Shown one piece after another: positions 28,005-38,007 of a stretch of DNA of 64,000 nucleotides. Under the pieces are notes generated by a model, which saw only the letters and a list, made by a program, of their open reading frames with translations, did not search any database and had not been told where the DNA came from. Source of the DNA: Alphaproteobacteria bacterium (GTDB taxonomy: Bacteria; Pseudomonadota; Alphaproteobacteria; JANQMY01); contig CBDDFL010000002.1 of the NCBI GenBank assembly GCA_965227095.1, forward strand, positions 1,235,025 through 1,299,024, given 5' to 3'. A program made the position numbers and the translations under genes. Positions within the stretch are counted from its first letter, which is position 1, and the number at the start of each line of letters is the position of its first letter.

Positions 28005-30947
28005 ATGTCGCACGACCCCGTTGACTATTCTAAAGACCTGGCAAAATTCTTCCCTCAAGCAGAAGCGCTCCGTGCCCGCTTGGAAGCGGAACTCACCACC
28101 GAAAGCCCAAACCCCCTTCACAATCCCGTCGATGCATTGGCATTGAGCATCAGCGACAGGCTCAATCGCGAAGAGTATGATGATTGTGATCTGGAAAATC
28201 TGGTTCAATACCTCGTGGCGCGCGCCTTTTTGTTTCGGGCAAATCGACTAGCACAGTATGTGGGGGAAACCGATCTCACCCTCAACAAAACATTGATTGA
28301 AGCGCAGGTAAAATCGCTGTCGGTGGGGGAGTTCGGCAAAAAAATACCGTTCGATTCTTTCAAAGAACGGGTCGAACACGAATGGATGGGGATGGTGATT
28401 ACGGCTCATCCGACATTTTGCATGACCGAGATTGCGTCTCAGGACATGGCGGATCTGGCGGTTTGCGCGGAAAAAGATGGCGCACCTTTACCGCAAGAAA
28501 AGCAAGACAAGATTCTAGAACGCACCGGCCTTCTGCCTCACGGCACACCGGATGGGATTGATCTGCAAGCAGAGCTCGCCCAATCCTACGTGGCCGTCTC
28601 CGAAATCAACGACTGCCTTCAAGCCATGTATGAATGTATCGTGGCGGTGGCCAAAGAGGCGTATCCGGACGATTGGCATCGCATTTGCCCCCGTTTAATC
28701 ACGTTAGCAAGCTGGGTCGGTTTTGACTTAGATGGGCGCCGTGATATCGGGTGGAACACCACCTTCCATGCCCGGCTTGAAAGCATGGTTCGTCAATTGC
28801 GTTACTATCAAAAGCGCGTGACGGATATATGTGACGGTGCGACCGGTGACGGGCCCGTATTACCTTTAGTGGATCTGAAAGAGCGCCTTGCCCTTGCGCT
28901 CGATGTGGCCAAAGAAGACCAAAAGGCTATTCCTCATGATGCGGACGATATTGAACAGGTTGCGGCCTTAGGGCGCCGTTTAGCCGACAATAAAAGTGAG
29001 AGGCTGACGACGCCGTCTTCTTTGGTGCGGCGTCTTGATGCCGCAATAGATGTGCTGGCGGACGATGACCTGCGCACACGTTTGGTAGTGTTGCGGGCAC
29101 AGGTTTCCAATTTGGGGCTTGGCATGGCCCATACCCATTTTCGCCTCAATGCCTCACAGATTTTCAATGCCCTGAGCCAAGACGTTGCCATGGACACATC
29201 GCCCGATGACCGCGGCAATCGCCGCACCTATCGGCGGGCCATTGGCCGGCTTTTGGACAAGGTTACTCCGGTACAAACCAATGTGGGGAACGTGGCAGCT
29301 GAAAAAATGTCCGCCCGGCGTCTGTTCATGCTGCTGGCGCAGCTTAAGAAATATGTGGATTGCGAAACGCCTATCCGTTTCCTGATTGCGGAAAGCGAAA
29401 CCTCTTTTACCTTACTTGCGGCGCTCTACTTGGCACGATTGTTCGATGTAGAGAACATTGTTGATATTTCGCCCCTTTTTGAAACCTCAACCGCACTTGA
29501 ACATGGCCATGCGATCATTGATGAAGCTCTGGCCAACCCGCACTACAAAGCCTATGTGCAACTTCGTGGGCGGCTGTGCATCCAAACCGGATATTCCGAT
29601 GCCGGACGATATGTGGGGCAAGTAGCAGCGTCGCTGGCGGTCGAACGCTTGAAGATCAAATTGTCGGCTGTGTTGGCGAAACACAAACTCGAGAATATCG
29701 AGCTGGTCGTCTTCGACACACATGGCGAATCTATAGGGCGGGGGGCGCATCCCAACAGTTTTGAAGACCGGCTGTGCCATGTATCGTCACCCGCGACGCG
29801 GCGGCAGTTTTCCAATGACAATATTACCGTCAAGCAGGAGGTGAGTTTTCAAGGCGGGGATGGGTATGTCTTTTTCCGGAATCGCCGTCTGGCGTTTGGC
29901 GTGCTGACGCGCCTGTTTGAACATGGCTTCAAAACCACCACGAGGGAAGACAATCATCTGGCTGCGGACGACAGTTTTTATCAAGACACGGATTTTAGCC
30001 TGGAATTTTTTATTAATCTGACGCGTCATAATCAGGAGCTGTTTGAAAATCCCAACTATGCGACACTATTGTCAGTCTACGGCACCAATTTGTTGTACCC
30101 GACGGGATCCCGCAAATCGAAACGCCAGCATGAAGGGCGGGGCGCTGGTGACGCCGGCCATCCATCGCAAATTCGCGCGATTCCAAACAATGGCATTCTT
30201 CAGCAAATGGGTTTTCTCTCGAATAGTATGGGAGGCGTTGGCAACGCCATCGGCAAAGACCTTGAGCATTTTGTTGAGATCTATCGCGGGTCGGAAACCT
30301 GTCAGCGGCTTATGCGGCTGGTCCGGTATGCTTACCGATTGAGTTCGCTGGATGTCATGTCCGGATACTTGGAAACGATGAGCCCCATGTATTGGTTGCG
30401 GCGCGCGCGCGTGGAACCGAAAGCGGACAGACGGCGCCAGATGCAGCGGGTTGGACAGCTTTTGTCCGAAACGCAACGCTATGCGGGGCTTGATCGGGTG
30501 TTTCGCGATTTGGCCTATGATTCGATCAATCTGAAAGCCGCGCTGGACGCCCTTGAATTGTCGGACCCTATTGGTCTTCTTTCGGATGAATGTTTGATAG
30601 ATCGCGATATATTGCATGCCGTGCGCCTGGCCATGGTGCAGGAAATTTTGATGTTGACTGCACGGACGCCCAGGTTCAGCAGCGATCCTGAAATTACCAT
30701 TGATGATGTGGTGAGCGAATTGCTGCACATAGATGTGTTACCGGCCGTGGACGCGCTGGAAAAAGCCTTTCCTCTGTCGGACAAAGAACGCGCGTCTGCT
30801 GATTTTGGTGACCCCGCCACCTACGGCGATGGTACGGTCGGCTATGAACCAGTTCATGAAAACATCATTACGCCCATGATCGAATGGTATGACCGCTGCC
30901 GACGGGCCGGTGTCGGCATTACCTATTTGTCTGGTGCGGTGGGGTAG
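28005..30947 (+). CDS. Phosphoenolpyruvate carboxylase family protein, highly divergent
   Basis: Collinear PEPC motifs: VITAHPTF (cf. VLTAHPTE), GFDLDGRRDIGWNTT (cf. WMGGDRDGNPNVT), PLFET, QTGYSDAGRYVG (cf. GYSDSAKDAG), THGESIGRGAHP (cf. FHGRGGSIGRGGAP), and a terminal Gly. AGGAG SD. Confidence 0.7.
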   Translation: MSHDPVDYSKDLAKFFPQAEALRARLEAELTTESPNPLHNPVDALALSISDRLNREEYDDCDLENLVQYLVARAFLFRANRLAQYVGETDLTLNKTLIEAQVKSLSVGEFGKKIPFDSFKERVEHEWMGMVITAHPTFCMTEIASQDMADLAVCAEKDGAPLPQEKQDKILERTGLLPHGTPDGIDLQAELAQSYVAVSEINDCLQAMYECIVAVAKEAYPDDWHRICPRLITLASWVGFDLDGRRDIGWNTTFHARLESMVRQLRYYQKRVTDICDGATGDGPVLPLVDLKERLALALDVAKEDQKAIPHDADDIEQVAALGRRLADNKSERLTTPSSLVRRLDAAIDVLADDDLRTRLVVLRAQVSNLGLGMAHTHFRLNASQIFNALSQDVAMDTSPDDRGNRRTYRRAIGRLLDKVTPVQTNVGNVAAEKMSARRLFMLLAQLKKYVDCETPIRFLIAESETSFTLLAALYLARLFDVENIVDISPLFETSTALEHGHAIIDEALANPHYKAYVQLRGRLCIQTGYSDAGRYVGQVAASLAVERLKIKLSAVLAKHKLENIELVVFDTHGESIGRGAHPNSFEDRLCHVSSPATRRQFSNDNITVKQEVSFQGGDGYVFFRNRRLAFGVLTRLFEHGFKTTTREDNHLAADDSFYQDTDFSLEFFINLTRHNQELFENPNYATLLSVYGTNLLYPTGSRKSKRQHEGRGAGDAGHPSQIRAIPNNGILQQMGFLSNSMGGVGNAIGKDLEHFVEIYRGSETCQRLMRLVRYAYRLSSLDVMSGYLETMSPMYWLRRARVEPKADRRRQMQRVGQLLSETQRYAGLDRVFRDLAYDSINLKAALDALELSDPIGLLSDECLIDRDILHAVRLAMVQEILMLTARTPRFSSDPEITIDDVVSELLHIDVLPAVDALEKAFPLSDKERASADFGDPATYGDGTVGYEPVHENIITPMIEWYDRCRRAGVGITYLSGAVG

Positions 30948-31183
30948 ACCCCTCATTGTTCCCACCCTTTGGGCCCAGGCGTCGATGTTAGTATGCGGCA
31001 CCGGTTTTGGTTGATCGCGCAGCACAAACTGGAGACACATGGCGCTCACTGAGAAGTGTTTTCTTCAACGATTGCCTAGTCGTGCTATTTTTGCGTCATT
31101 CCCTGTTTAGTACTACAATTGGTCGAATGGGGTGGGGCCTTTAGGGGTCCAGTGCGTCTGACATATGATGTGAAAGGTAGAGT

Positions 31184-31834
31184 GTGACGACGAAAATTCG
31201 GCCACGTCGTCGGGCCGGTCGACCGCGGCGCGAAGAGGGAGACAAAGACGTTCGCCACGAAATCCTTGTGGCGGCCTCCCACTTGTTTTGCAAAAGCGGC
31301 TACACAGGGACACAGCTAAACCAAATTGCGGACGCAGCGGGGTTGCGTACGCCGTCGCTGTATCATTACTTCTCCAACAAAGAAGAGATTTTCCAAGAAT
31401 TGTTTCGTTATGCCAATGAAGACGCCACAAAGTTCGCGGCATCGACATTGAAGCAGAAAGGGCGCGCCGCTGTGAGGCTGCGGGCGGTTCTCGTAAAATA
31501 CGTTGAGTGGCTAACATCCGGACCTTACGCCCTGTGGTTTCTGGTCGTGTCAGCGCCCCGGAATGTGGTTAATGACGTCGAATTCGAACGCCGGTATGCG
31601 CAGCTGGAAAATGCAATCGACAAGTTGGTCAAACAAGCCATCAAGGAAGGCGATTTTCGCGATGTTGACCGCCGATTTGCATTGCACATGATTTGGGGCG
31701 GTGTGGTCGGCGCCATGAACTACTATCAACTTGAAGGCATCTCTACACCGCAGGCGACTGCTGATCATATCATCAGCGCACTGTCCATAAACGGCGTAAA
31801 AGCTCAAGAAATTTTAGAAGAATCACGCCCGTAA
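31184..31834 (+). CDS. TetR/AcrR family transcriptional regulator
   Basis: N-terminal HTH (ILVAASHLFCKSGYTGTQLNQIADAAGLRTPSLYHYFSNKEEIF). Confidence 0.9.
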   Translation: MTTKIRPRRRAGRPRREEGDKDVRHEILVAASHLFCKSGYTGTQLNQIADAAGLRTPSLYHYFSNKEEIFQELFRYANEDATKFAASTLKQKGRAAVRLRAVLVKYVEWLTSGPYALWFLVVSAPRNVVNDVEFERRYAQLENAIDKLVKQAIKEGDFRDVDRRFALHMIWGGVVGAMNYYQLEGISTPQATADHIISALSINGVKAQEILEESRP

Positions 31835-31924
31835 TCGCTGCCTGGCTTTTTTTGAAGCGCTTATCAAAAACATATTTGTGTGCACTGCATACAGATTAAA
31901 TCAATCCTACTCTTCGTTGTATTT

Positions 31925-31949
31925 CGTGTTTTGTGACACAGAAAACACG
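31925..31949. promoter_or_regulatory. Inverted repeat CGTGTTTT-N9-AAAACACG between the TetR gene and the TonB-dependent receptor (candidate TetR operator)
   Basis: 8-bp perfect arms. TGTGACACA / TGTGTCA half-sites repeat downstream. Confidence 0.4.
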
Positions 31950-32116
31950 TAAAATTCTGTGTCATTTCGGAGACAATTTACGTCAAACCCGGCCTTTCCC
32001 ATCGAAATCTAATTAGAATTCGATAAACTCGACTCGCATGTGCTCACTTTTTTGTGGGTCTGGATACAAACAAAAAGATTTGAGTACCTGGGAGGACTCA
32101 AGGGGAGGTTTGCGTT

Positions 32117-34492
32117 ATGGCATTCAAACGCCTGAAACATGTCTGCCTTGCATCCGCAGTTGCCTTTTTTGGAACGGAAATTGGCATTGCCTATGCACAG
32201 ATGGACGAAATCATCGTTCAAGCCCGGAAACGGGATGAAAGTTTACAAGAAGTACCGGTCACGATTGCCGCTTTGGGAGAAGCGGATTTGGATCGTTTCC
32301 AAATCAACACCATTGCGGAAGTGGCCGGGTTTATTCCGACATTCCAGATTCAGCAAGGTGGTTCTGGGTCCGGCGGTACGTTGAATCTACGCGGTATCGG
32401 ATCGAGTGCGATCAGTGGTGCATTTGACAGCGCCATCGCCATCAACATTGACGGTATGCTGGCGAACACCATGCGCTTGGTGAACAACAACTTCCTGGAC
32501 ATCGCCCAGGTTGAAGTTCTGAAAGGGCCGCAATCGCTTTACTTCGGTAAGAGTGCGTCGGCTGGCGTGATTTCCTTCCGCTCAAACGACCCGACTGACG
32601 AATTTGAAGTGTCCGCGAAAGGTGCTTACGAATTCGAAGAAAAGGGTAAGTATTTCGAAGCCATCGTATCCGGCCCGGTCACCGACACCATCGGTGCGCG
32701 CTATGCGATTGGGTTCCAAGACCGTGACGAGATTATGAAGAACACCGCGCCAGGCGTTCAAAACCCGTCTCGTGGCGAACAATTCCTGGATATGCGGGCA
32801 ACTTTGACCTGGGATCCCAATGAAAATTGGAGCACCAATTTCAAAGCGGCTTATAACCAGATGGAAAATGATGGTGCCATCCTCTTTGCCCAAGTTCTGT
32901 GTACGGAGGGGACCGCGCAGCTTACGAACTATCCGTTTACGGCAGTTCCCGGCGTGTCCTCACTGCCGTCAGGGTATGATTGCGACCCGTTCGACGATGA
33001 GTTCCAGTTAGGGGATCAGAATGCGGCGGAAGCGGCAAATATCCCGAACAACCGCGGCGGTGTGCCGTTCGAAGAGCAGGACACGTTGTTCCTCACATTG
33101 CGGTCGCAGTATGATTTCCGACCTGACATGTCAGTCGTTTTCCATTCTGGTTTCTACAATCTGGACAACTTCCAGAACGACTGCTTCGGGTATGACATCA
33201 ACGGCGTTGGCTGTAATTTGGCGCAAAACACAACGCGGAGCTTCTCTCAAGAAGTGCGGGTTCAGAGTGACGGGTTCACCGATTGGTTGGACTTTATGGT
33301 GGGGGCGTATTACCAAACGCGCTTCATCACTTTTAAGTCTTACCAGCATGCTTTTGGTGCATCCGCTGTCTTTGGACCGGATCCAGCGACGGGTCAGACG
33401 GCTGACTATTTGAAGGAACACCGGACGGATACAGATGCGGCCTCATTCTTCGGCAGCATCACCTTGGTACCGCCGTTTGGTGGTTTCTGGGAGGACTGGG
33501 AAATTACGGCAGGTCTGCGGTACACGCGCGAGCAAAAGCAAAACGCGATTAACGTTCCGTATGTTCACGCCAATGTTACCGGCGCTGTCGGATTTATCCC
33601 TCAACAAATTTCCGGGATTAATTTTGACGACGACAACTACTCTCCGGAAGTGTCCATCAAGTGGACGCCGACCGACGACTTGGTCGTTTATGGTGCCTAC
33701 AAGACCGGCTTTAAGTCCGGTGGTATCGACAACAGTGCGTTGCCGGGTGTTGGCTTGTCAGCACAAACCGACGGCCTGATATTCGTGTCGGAAACGTCAC
33801 GGGGCTTTGAAGGCGGTGTGCGTGGCACGTCACTGAACGATACCCTCCGTTGGAACCTCACAGGCTTTAACTACGAGTACAAAAATCTGCAGGTCCAACA
33901 GTTCGACGCAACGGCGATCCAGTTCTTTACCAGCAACGCCGGTAAAGTAACGACGACCGGGTTCGAAGCAGATGCTATGTGGACTAGTCCTTGGGAAGGC
34001 CTTTCCTTCCGTGGTGCGTTTGCCTATACGGACTCACGTAACACGGATCCGTTTCTTGCTGTGGGCGGTATCGACCAAAACGGCAGAAGTGCCCTGTCGT
34101 CACCAAAAGTAGCCGGCAATTTCGGCGCGATTTACGAAACGGCCATTCCGAACACGGACATGGTGCTGAGTGCAGCGGGCTTTGCCTTCTACTCCGGCGG
34201 ATATCGCGTGGACGTTAGCGATACCTTCTATCAGGAATCGTTCTGGCGTGGTGATGCGCAGATCGCAATTGGCGACACGGAAGGACGTTGGCAGCTGGCG
34301 TTGATCGGTCAAAACATCACCGACAAGATCTACGCGATTACAGCGGGTGACCGGCCGTTCACGGATACCACACGTGGTGGCACTGCGCTGTTGATTGCGC
34401 CTCCGCCATTCGTAGGCCCTGCACCGCAGGATTTGATTATCCAGCAAAATCGCGGGCGGCAGGTCTCCTTGGAGGTATCCCTCAAATATTAA
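32117..34492 (+). CDS. TonB-dependent receptor
   Basis: Signal peptide, DEIIVQA TonB-box-like, plug and barrel, C-terminal aromatic. GGAGG SD. Confidence 0.9.
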   Translation: MAFKRLKHVCLASAVAFFGTEIGIAYAQMDEIIVQARKRDESLQEVPVTIAALGEADLDRFQINTIAEVAGFIPTFQIQQGGSGSGGTLNLRGIGSSAISGAFDSAIAINIDGMLANTMRLVNNNFLDIAQVEVLKGPQSLYFGKSASAGVISFRSNDPTDEFEVSAKGAYEFEEKGKYFEAIVSGPVTDTIGARYAIGFQDRDEIMKNTAPGVQNPSRGEQFLDMRATLTWDPNENWSTNFKAAYNQMENDGAILFAQVLCTEGTAQLTNYPFTAVPGVSSLPSGYDCDPFDDEFQLGDQNAAEAANIPNNRGGVPFEEQDTLFLTLRSQYDFRPDMSVVFHSGFYNLDNFQNDCFGYDINGVGCNLAQNTTRSFSQEVRVQSDGFTDWLDFMVGAYYQTRFITFKSYQHAFGASAVFGPDPATGQTADYLKEHRTDTDAASFFGSITLVPPFGGFWEDWEITAGLRYTREQKQNAINVPYVHANVTGAVGFIPQQISGINFDDDNYSPEVSIKWTPTDDLVVYGAYKTGFKSGGIDNSALPGVGLSAQTDGLIFVSETSRGFEGGVRGTSLNDTLRWNLTGFNYEYKNLQVQQFDATAIQFFTSNAGKVTTTGFEADAMWTSPWEGLSFRGAFAYTDSRNTDPFLAVGGIDQNGRSALSSPKVAGNFGAIYETAIPNTDMVLSAAGFAFYSGGYRVDVSDTFYQESFWRGDAQIAIGDTEGRWQLALIGQNITDKIYAITAGDRPFTDTTRGGTALLIAPPPFVGPAPQDLIIQQNRGRQVSLEVSLKY

Positions 34493-34575
34493 AGATGACC
34501 TCTGGTCTGCCCCTTTGCACGGGGGCAGGCCGGTTTCCTCCCCGCGATCCGGCTCGAGTTCTACGGTTCGCAGGC

Positions 34576-34605
34576 AAGGCCCGCTTCGGCGGGTCTTGTT
34601 TTTTG
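34576..34605 (+). terminator. Rho-independent terminator after TonB-dependent receptor
   Basis: Stem GGCCCGC-TTCG-GCGGGTC followed by TTGTTTTTTG. An additional GC hairpin lies at 34506-34527. Confidence 0.75.
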
Positions 34606-34607
34606 CA

Positions 34608-35669
34608 TCAACTCGTTTTGATCTGGGCATGGATGACGTTTGCTAGATGCTCAGCGTCGGCACCGACAAATCCGATAAACGCCGATCCTTTGGTATGTAG
34701 GCCCGGCAGGCCAACAAAATAAAGGCCTGAGCATGGACTAACGCCTCGATTATGACGCGGATGCCCTGCAGCGGATAATATGTCAGGGATATCGATCCAT
34801 GAAAAATCATTCTTAAATCCAGTTGCCCAAATCACGCAGGCAGGATGGACGGCGGCACCTTTGTCGAACACGATTGAAGGTCCTTCTGATCCGATGGCGC
34901 GTCCTCGGCGCTTCAGGCGTCCACTTCTCAGCAGGCCCGGGAGTGTAGAGTTGATCAACGGAATGGAGCCGACAACTTCTCGGCTGCTGCGGTCGGAGGA
35001 TCTTGTTCGGTCCATAACGCCAAATAACTTGAACCACCAAAAGATATCCTTGCCAAAAAATCTTTGTGGGAACCTTTTTGGCAGTTTGTCGAAAGACAAA
35101 ATTGTGGGGCGATGTCGTGCAAGTTCCTCCGCTATCTGCGCCCCGGAGTTACCCGCGCCGACGACCAAAACAGGGCGTTCTGACGGTGGTACCTGTATAG
35201 GGTTTTGATAGTCAGCGGTATGCAATTGTGGGATGGAGGGATCTACGTCAGTGGCCCAGTCGGGTATCGAGGGATGCTGCAATGCTCCTGTCGCCACCAC
35301 AACGTGTCGGGCTGTGTATCGTTGGTTATTCTCTGCGACAACAATGAAATTACCATTATCCCGAGCTAAGCGTACAACGCGCATTCCTGGCTGGACATTG
35401 AGACCCATTTTCTCGGCATAGGACGCGATGTAATCGGCGATCTCGTTTTTTGTCGGATAGGTGTCCCGCTGGAGCGGCACTGGTAAGCCTGGTAGAGCTG
35501 AATATTGAGACGGTGTGAACAACACCAGGGAGTCATATCGCGCACGCCACGATGCTCCGGGGTGGGATGCGTCCAACACAACGTACTCGATACGCCGGTC
35601 GTGAAGAGCGTGGGCAACAGCAAGGCCGGCTTGTCCTCCTCCAATTACAATGACCTCAAAATGTTCCAT
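34608..35669 (-). CDS. Flavin-containing monooxygenase-like NAD(P)/FAD-dependent oxidoreductase
   Basis: Two dinucleotide-binding motifs (VIVIGGGQAG and VLVVGAGNSGAQIA). ATG at 35669 preferred over the longer tracked ORF. Confidence 0.75.
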   Translation of the reverse strand: MEHFEVIVIGGGQAGLAVAHALHDRRIEYVVLDASHPGASWRARYDSLVLFTPSQYSALPGLPVPLQRDTYPTKNEIADYIASYAEKMGLNVQPGMRVVRLARDNGNFIVVAENNQRYTARHVVVATGALQHPSIPDWATDVDPSIPQLHTADYQNPIQVPPSERPVLVVGAGNSGAQIAEELARHRPTILSFDKLPKRFPQRFFGKDIFWWFKLFGVMDRTRSSDRSSREVVGSIPLINSTLPGLLRSGRLKRRGRAIGSEGPSIVFDKGAAVHPACVIWATGFKNDFSWIDIPDILSAAGHPRHNRGVSPCSGLYFVGLPGLHTKGSAFIGFVGADAEHLANVIHAQIKTS

Positions 35670-35706
35670 TTTATCGTTTTTCCCTGTTGCTGTCCTGTTC
35701 TGCGTT

Positions 35707-36816
35707 TCACTGGTTTTCTCGGGTGTCCTTGTGAAGGAGCCACCTACGGAGAACGGTGCGTCCAATAGGCGTTAGCCGATGGCACACCGTATGCGGGCTT
35801 CGGGAATCCGACGTGACATCGTCGAACAGGACACTGATTGGTCCGCCCCAGAAACCAATCCGACCATCCCGTTTGACAGTCACGGTTCGGCGGGTGCAGT
35901 CCATTGCATCTGGTGTTGTAACGGCGAGGACGGCCATCAGATCGAACGGGTAGAACCCGGCGCGGCCCATATCGTCCTGCCAATAGCTCAGCCAGGCCGT
36001 TGCACGTTCTGCTAACCAAAGCCGATCAGTGCCTGCTTGGCGGAGGTGCTCTACGTCCCGAGCAGTGATCTCAAACTGGCGTGCTAATTCGTAGGGTGTG
36101 AGTGTGAGGGGAACGCCGGATCTGGCCACTGACATCGCCGCCTTCTCGTCCTTTGCAACGTTGAAATCACGAAAAATTGGCCCGTGACCCAGAAATGCTA
36201 ACTGTGCTCTTTCCTCAGCCGGATGAAAAACATGACCAGGGCGCCGGCCGGCCACGGCGAAGATCGAAAGATGTTGTCGTGCCTCCGCCGGGCAGTTGTT
36301 GACCACTTGACTTGCTGTCGTAAACGGTCCCAGCATTACGAGAACCAACGGAGAGTTGCCCAAAATCCTGCAAATCTCTTGAGCCGCGCTGCTTGTGCGG
36401 ACGTCGCCTTCGTGTTTCGCCCCGGCAAATAGAGGTGGCATGAAACCTCCGGCGTCAAGGATGACTTTCCGGAGCTCTAGCATGACGCTTTGCGCGGCGT
36501 TGAAATCTAGATTTCCGTGGGTAACGGAGACACCTATCCACTTGTGTGCGGATGAGACCGTATGTTGGGACAGAAAGTGCAGTGCCAGGCAATCATCTGG
36601 ATCGGTCTTGCGATCCATGTTGCAGCCTGTATCCGCATCCACCCAAATGACACTCGGTTGGGCGGCGGTCGCACTTGTTGCAAAAACAAACGCGAATAAT
36701 AGGCCAAGGTTTCCCCGAAACGCTTGTTCGATACGGCAGAGAGCCACGCGGCAAATGGAGCGACGTAAGCGTGTTAATTGGCGCGGAAACGACAAAACGA
36801 CCGTCTGGTTTATCAT
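35707..36816 (-). CDS. Nucleoside hydrolase-like protein (secreted), divergent
   Basis: Signal peptide. VIWVDADTGCNMD..TDPDDCLAL resembles the DTDPGIDD aspartate cluster of IU-nucleoside hydrolases. Confidence 0.45.
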   Translation of the reverse strand: MINQTVVLSFPRQLTRLRRSICRVALCRIEQAFRGNLGLLFAFVFATSATAAQPSVIWVDADTGCNMDRKTDPDDCLALHFLSQHTVSSAHKWIGVSVTHGNLDFNAAQSVMLELRKVILDAGGFMPPLFAGAKHEGDVRTSSAAQEICRILGNSPLVLVMLGPFTTASQVVNNCPAEARQHLSIFAVAGRRPGHVFHPAEERAQLAFLGHGPIFRDFNVAKDEKAAMSVARSGVPLTLTPYELARQFEITARDVEHLRQAGTDRLWLAERATAWLSYWQDDMGRAGFYPFDLMAVLAVTTPDAMDCTRRTVTVKRDGRIGFWGGPISVLFDDVTSDSRSPHTVCHRLTPIGRTVLRRWLLHKDTRENQ

Positions 36817-37406
36817 TTCCGTGCCACGATGGCTTTGCTGGAGCCAGCCTGTCCCGCGCCGTGTACTTCAGCAAAACCGGCATCTACCAAAAGGCGTCTG
36901 GCCCCCTCATATTCGGCGCCGGAACGACTGATCGGATTGGGTAGCCAGTCCGGGGCGTGTTTCTCATGATTGCGCAGTATAAGGACGAAGCGGCCATCGC
37001 GTTTTAGAACGCGCCGAATTTCCCGCGCGCACGAATTGGGGTCGCTCCAAAACTGAAAACAATGAAGGGCGGCAACGGCATCGAAGGCGCCATCTTCCCA
37101 TGACAACAGATCCGGTGTGCCTAATTGTAGGTCGAGGCGCGGCCCCAATTTGCGAAGAGACGGGCGGCTCTGGGCCATGTTCAGCATGGCTTGCGTGGGT
37201 TCAATGCCCGCTAGGTGCACATCCTGTATGCGTCGGGCTAACATCTCTAGCAATCGTCCGGATCCAAAGCCAATTTCCAGGAATGAGGCGCCCGGTGGGG
37301 CGTCAATCAGTTTGAATGCCAAACGATAGGTGGGGCCGTTGAACCATTCCATGATCCGGCCAAACCAGGGTGTGGGGGACATAGGAAGCGGGGCGTTGCC
37401 GGTCAT
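36813..37406 (-). CDS. Class I SAM-dependent methyltransferase
   Basis: Motif I (FLEIGFGSGRL) and post-I/II motifs. Confidence 0.8.
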   Translation of the reverse strand: MTGNAPLPMSPTPWFGRIMEWFNGPTYRLAFKLIDAPPGASFLEIGFGSGRLLEMLARRIQDVHLAGIEPTQAMLNMAQSRPSLRKLGPRLDLQLGTPDLLSWEDGAFDAVAALHCFQFWSDPNSCAREIRRVLKRDGRFVLILRNHEKHAPDWLPNPISRSGAEYEGARRLLVDAGFAEVHGAGQAGSSKAIVARK

Positions 37407-37439
37407 TTAGTTGGCCTTACAAAAAAACAGTGTTATAAA

Positions 37440-37479
37440 AGACAATGTGGGTTGTCTAAAAAGACAATATAGATTGTCT
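37440..37479. promoter_or_regulatory. Two inverted repeats (AGACAA-N6-TTGTCT; AGACAAT-N4-ATTGTCT) in the divergent methyltransferase/MarR intergenic region (candidate MarR operators)
   Basis: Perfect 6- and 7-bp arms in an AT-rich 93-bp spacer immediately upstream of the MarR gene. Confidence 0.45.
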
Positions 37480-37499
37480 ATATCGTAAATGGAAGAGTT

Positions 37500-37952
37500 A
37501 TGAATGAGAAAAATGTGAATGAGCAATTCATTGAGGTCGTACAGCTCATTCCAAAGGTTTATTTCAAACTCACCACGCTGACAGCCACGTTGATGAAGGA
37601 CAGTGGTGTCACGCCGGGGCAACGGGCCCTTATGGAAGATATAGACCGTCTTGGACCGCAAAGTGTGGGCGCCCTTGCCGCATTGCGCCCGGTGGCAAAA
37701 CAATATGTTCAGAAACTTGTGGCGGATTTGACGGCGGCGGGGTTTGTGACGTTAAAGCGAAACCCGAATGATGGCCGCTCGAAGCTCGTGAACCTGGCGC
37801 GCAAGGGGCGTCAAACCCTAGGCAAATGGCGGGCTGCCGAAGCGTCGTCAATTGAGGCGTTTTTAGCAAATGTCGACAAACGAGAAGTGGCATCCGCCCA
37901 CAATCTGTTGCGGAAGCTAAACAGTGCGTTGGACGATGCGGGCTCCGAATAA
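37500..37952 (+). CDS. MarR family transcriptional regulator
   Basis: Winged-helix region (LGPQSVGALAALRPVAKQYVQKLVADLTAAGFVTLKRNPNDGRSKLVNLARKG). Confidence 0.85.
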   Translation: MNEKNVNEQFIEVVQLIPKVYFKLTTLTATLMKDSGVTPGQRALMEDIDRLGPQSVGALAALRPVAKQYVQKLVADLTAAGFVTLKRNPNDGRSKLVNLARKGRQTLGKWRAAEASSIEAFLANVDKREVASAHNLLRKLNSALDDAGSE

Positions 37953-38007
37953 GGAACACTGGTGGTGCGCCGGCACCTCATTCCCGGCGCACCTGTTTTT
38001 CCTCGCT

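Noticed and set aside
30072-30728. 218-aa minus-strand ORF
   Set aside because: Antisense to the PEPC-family gene.
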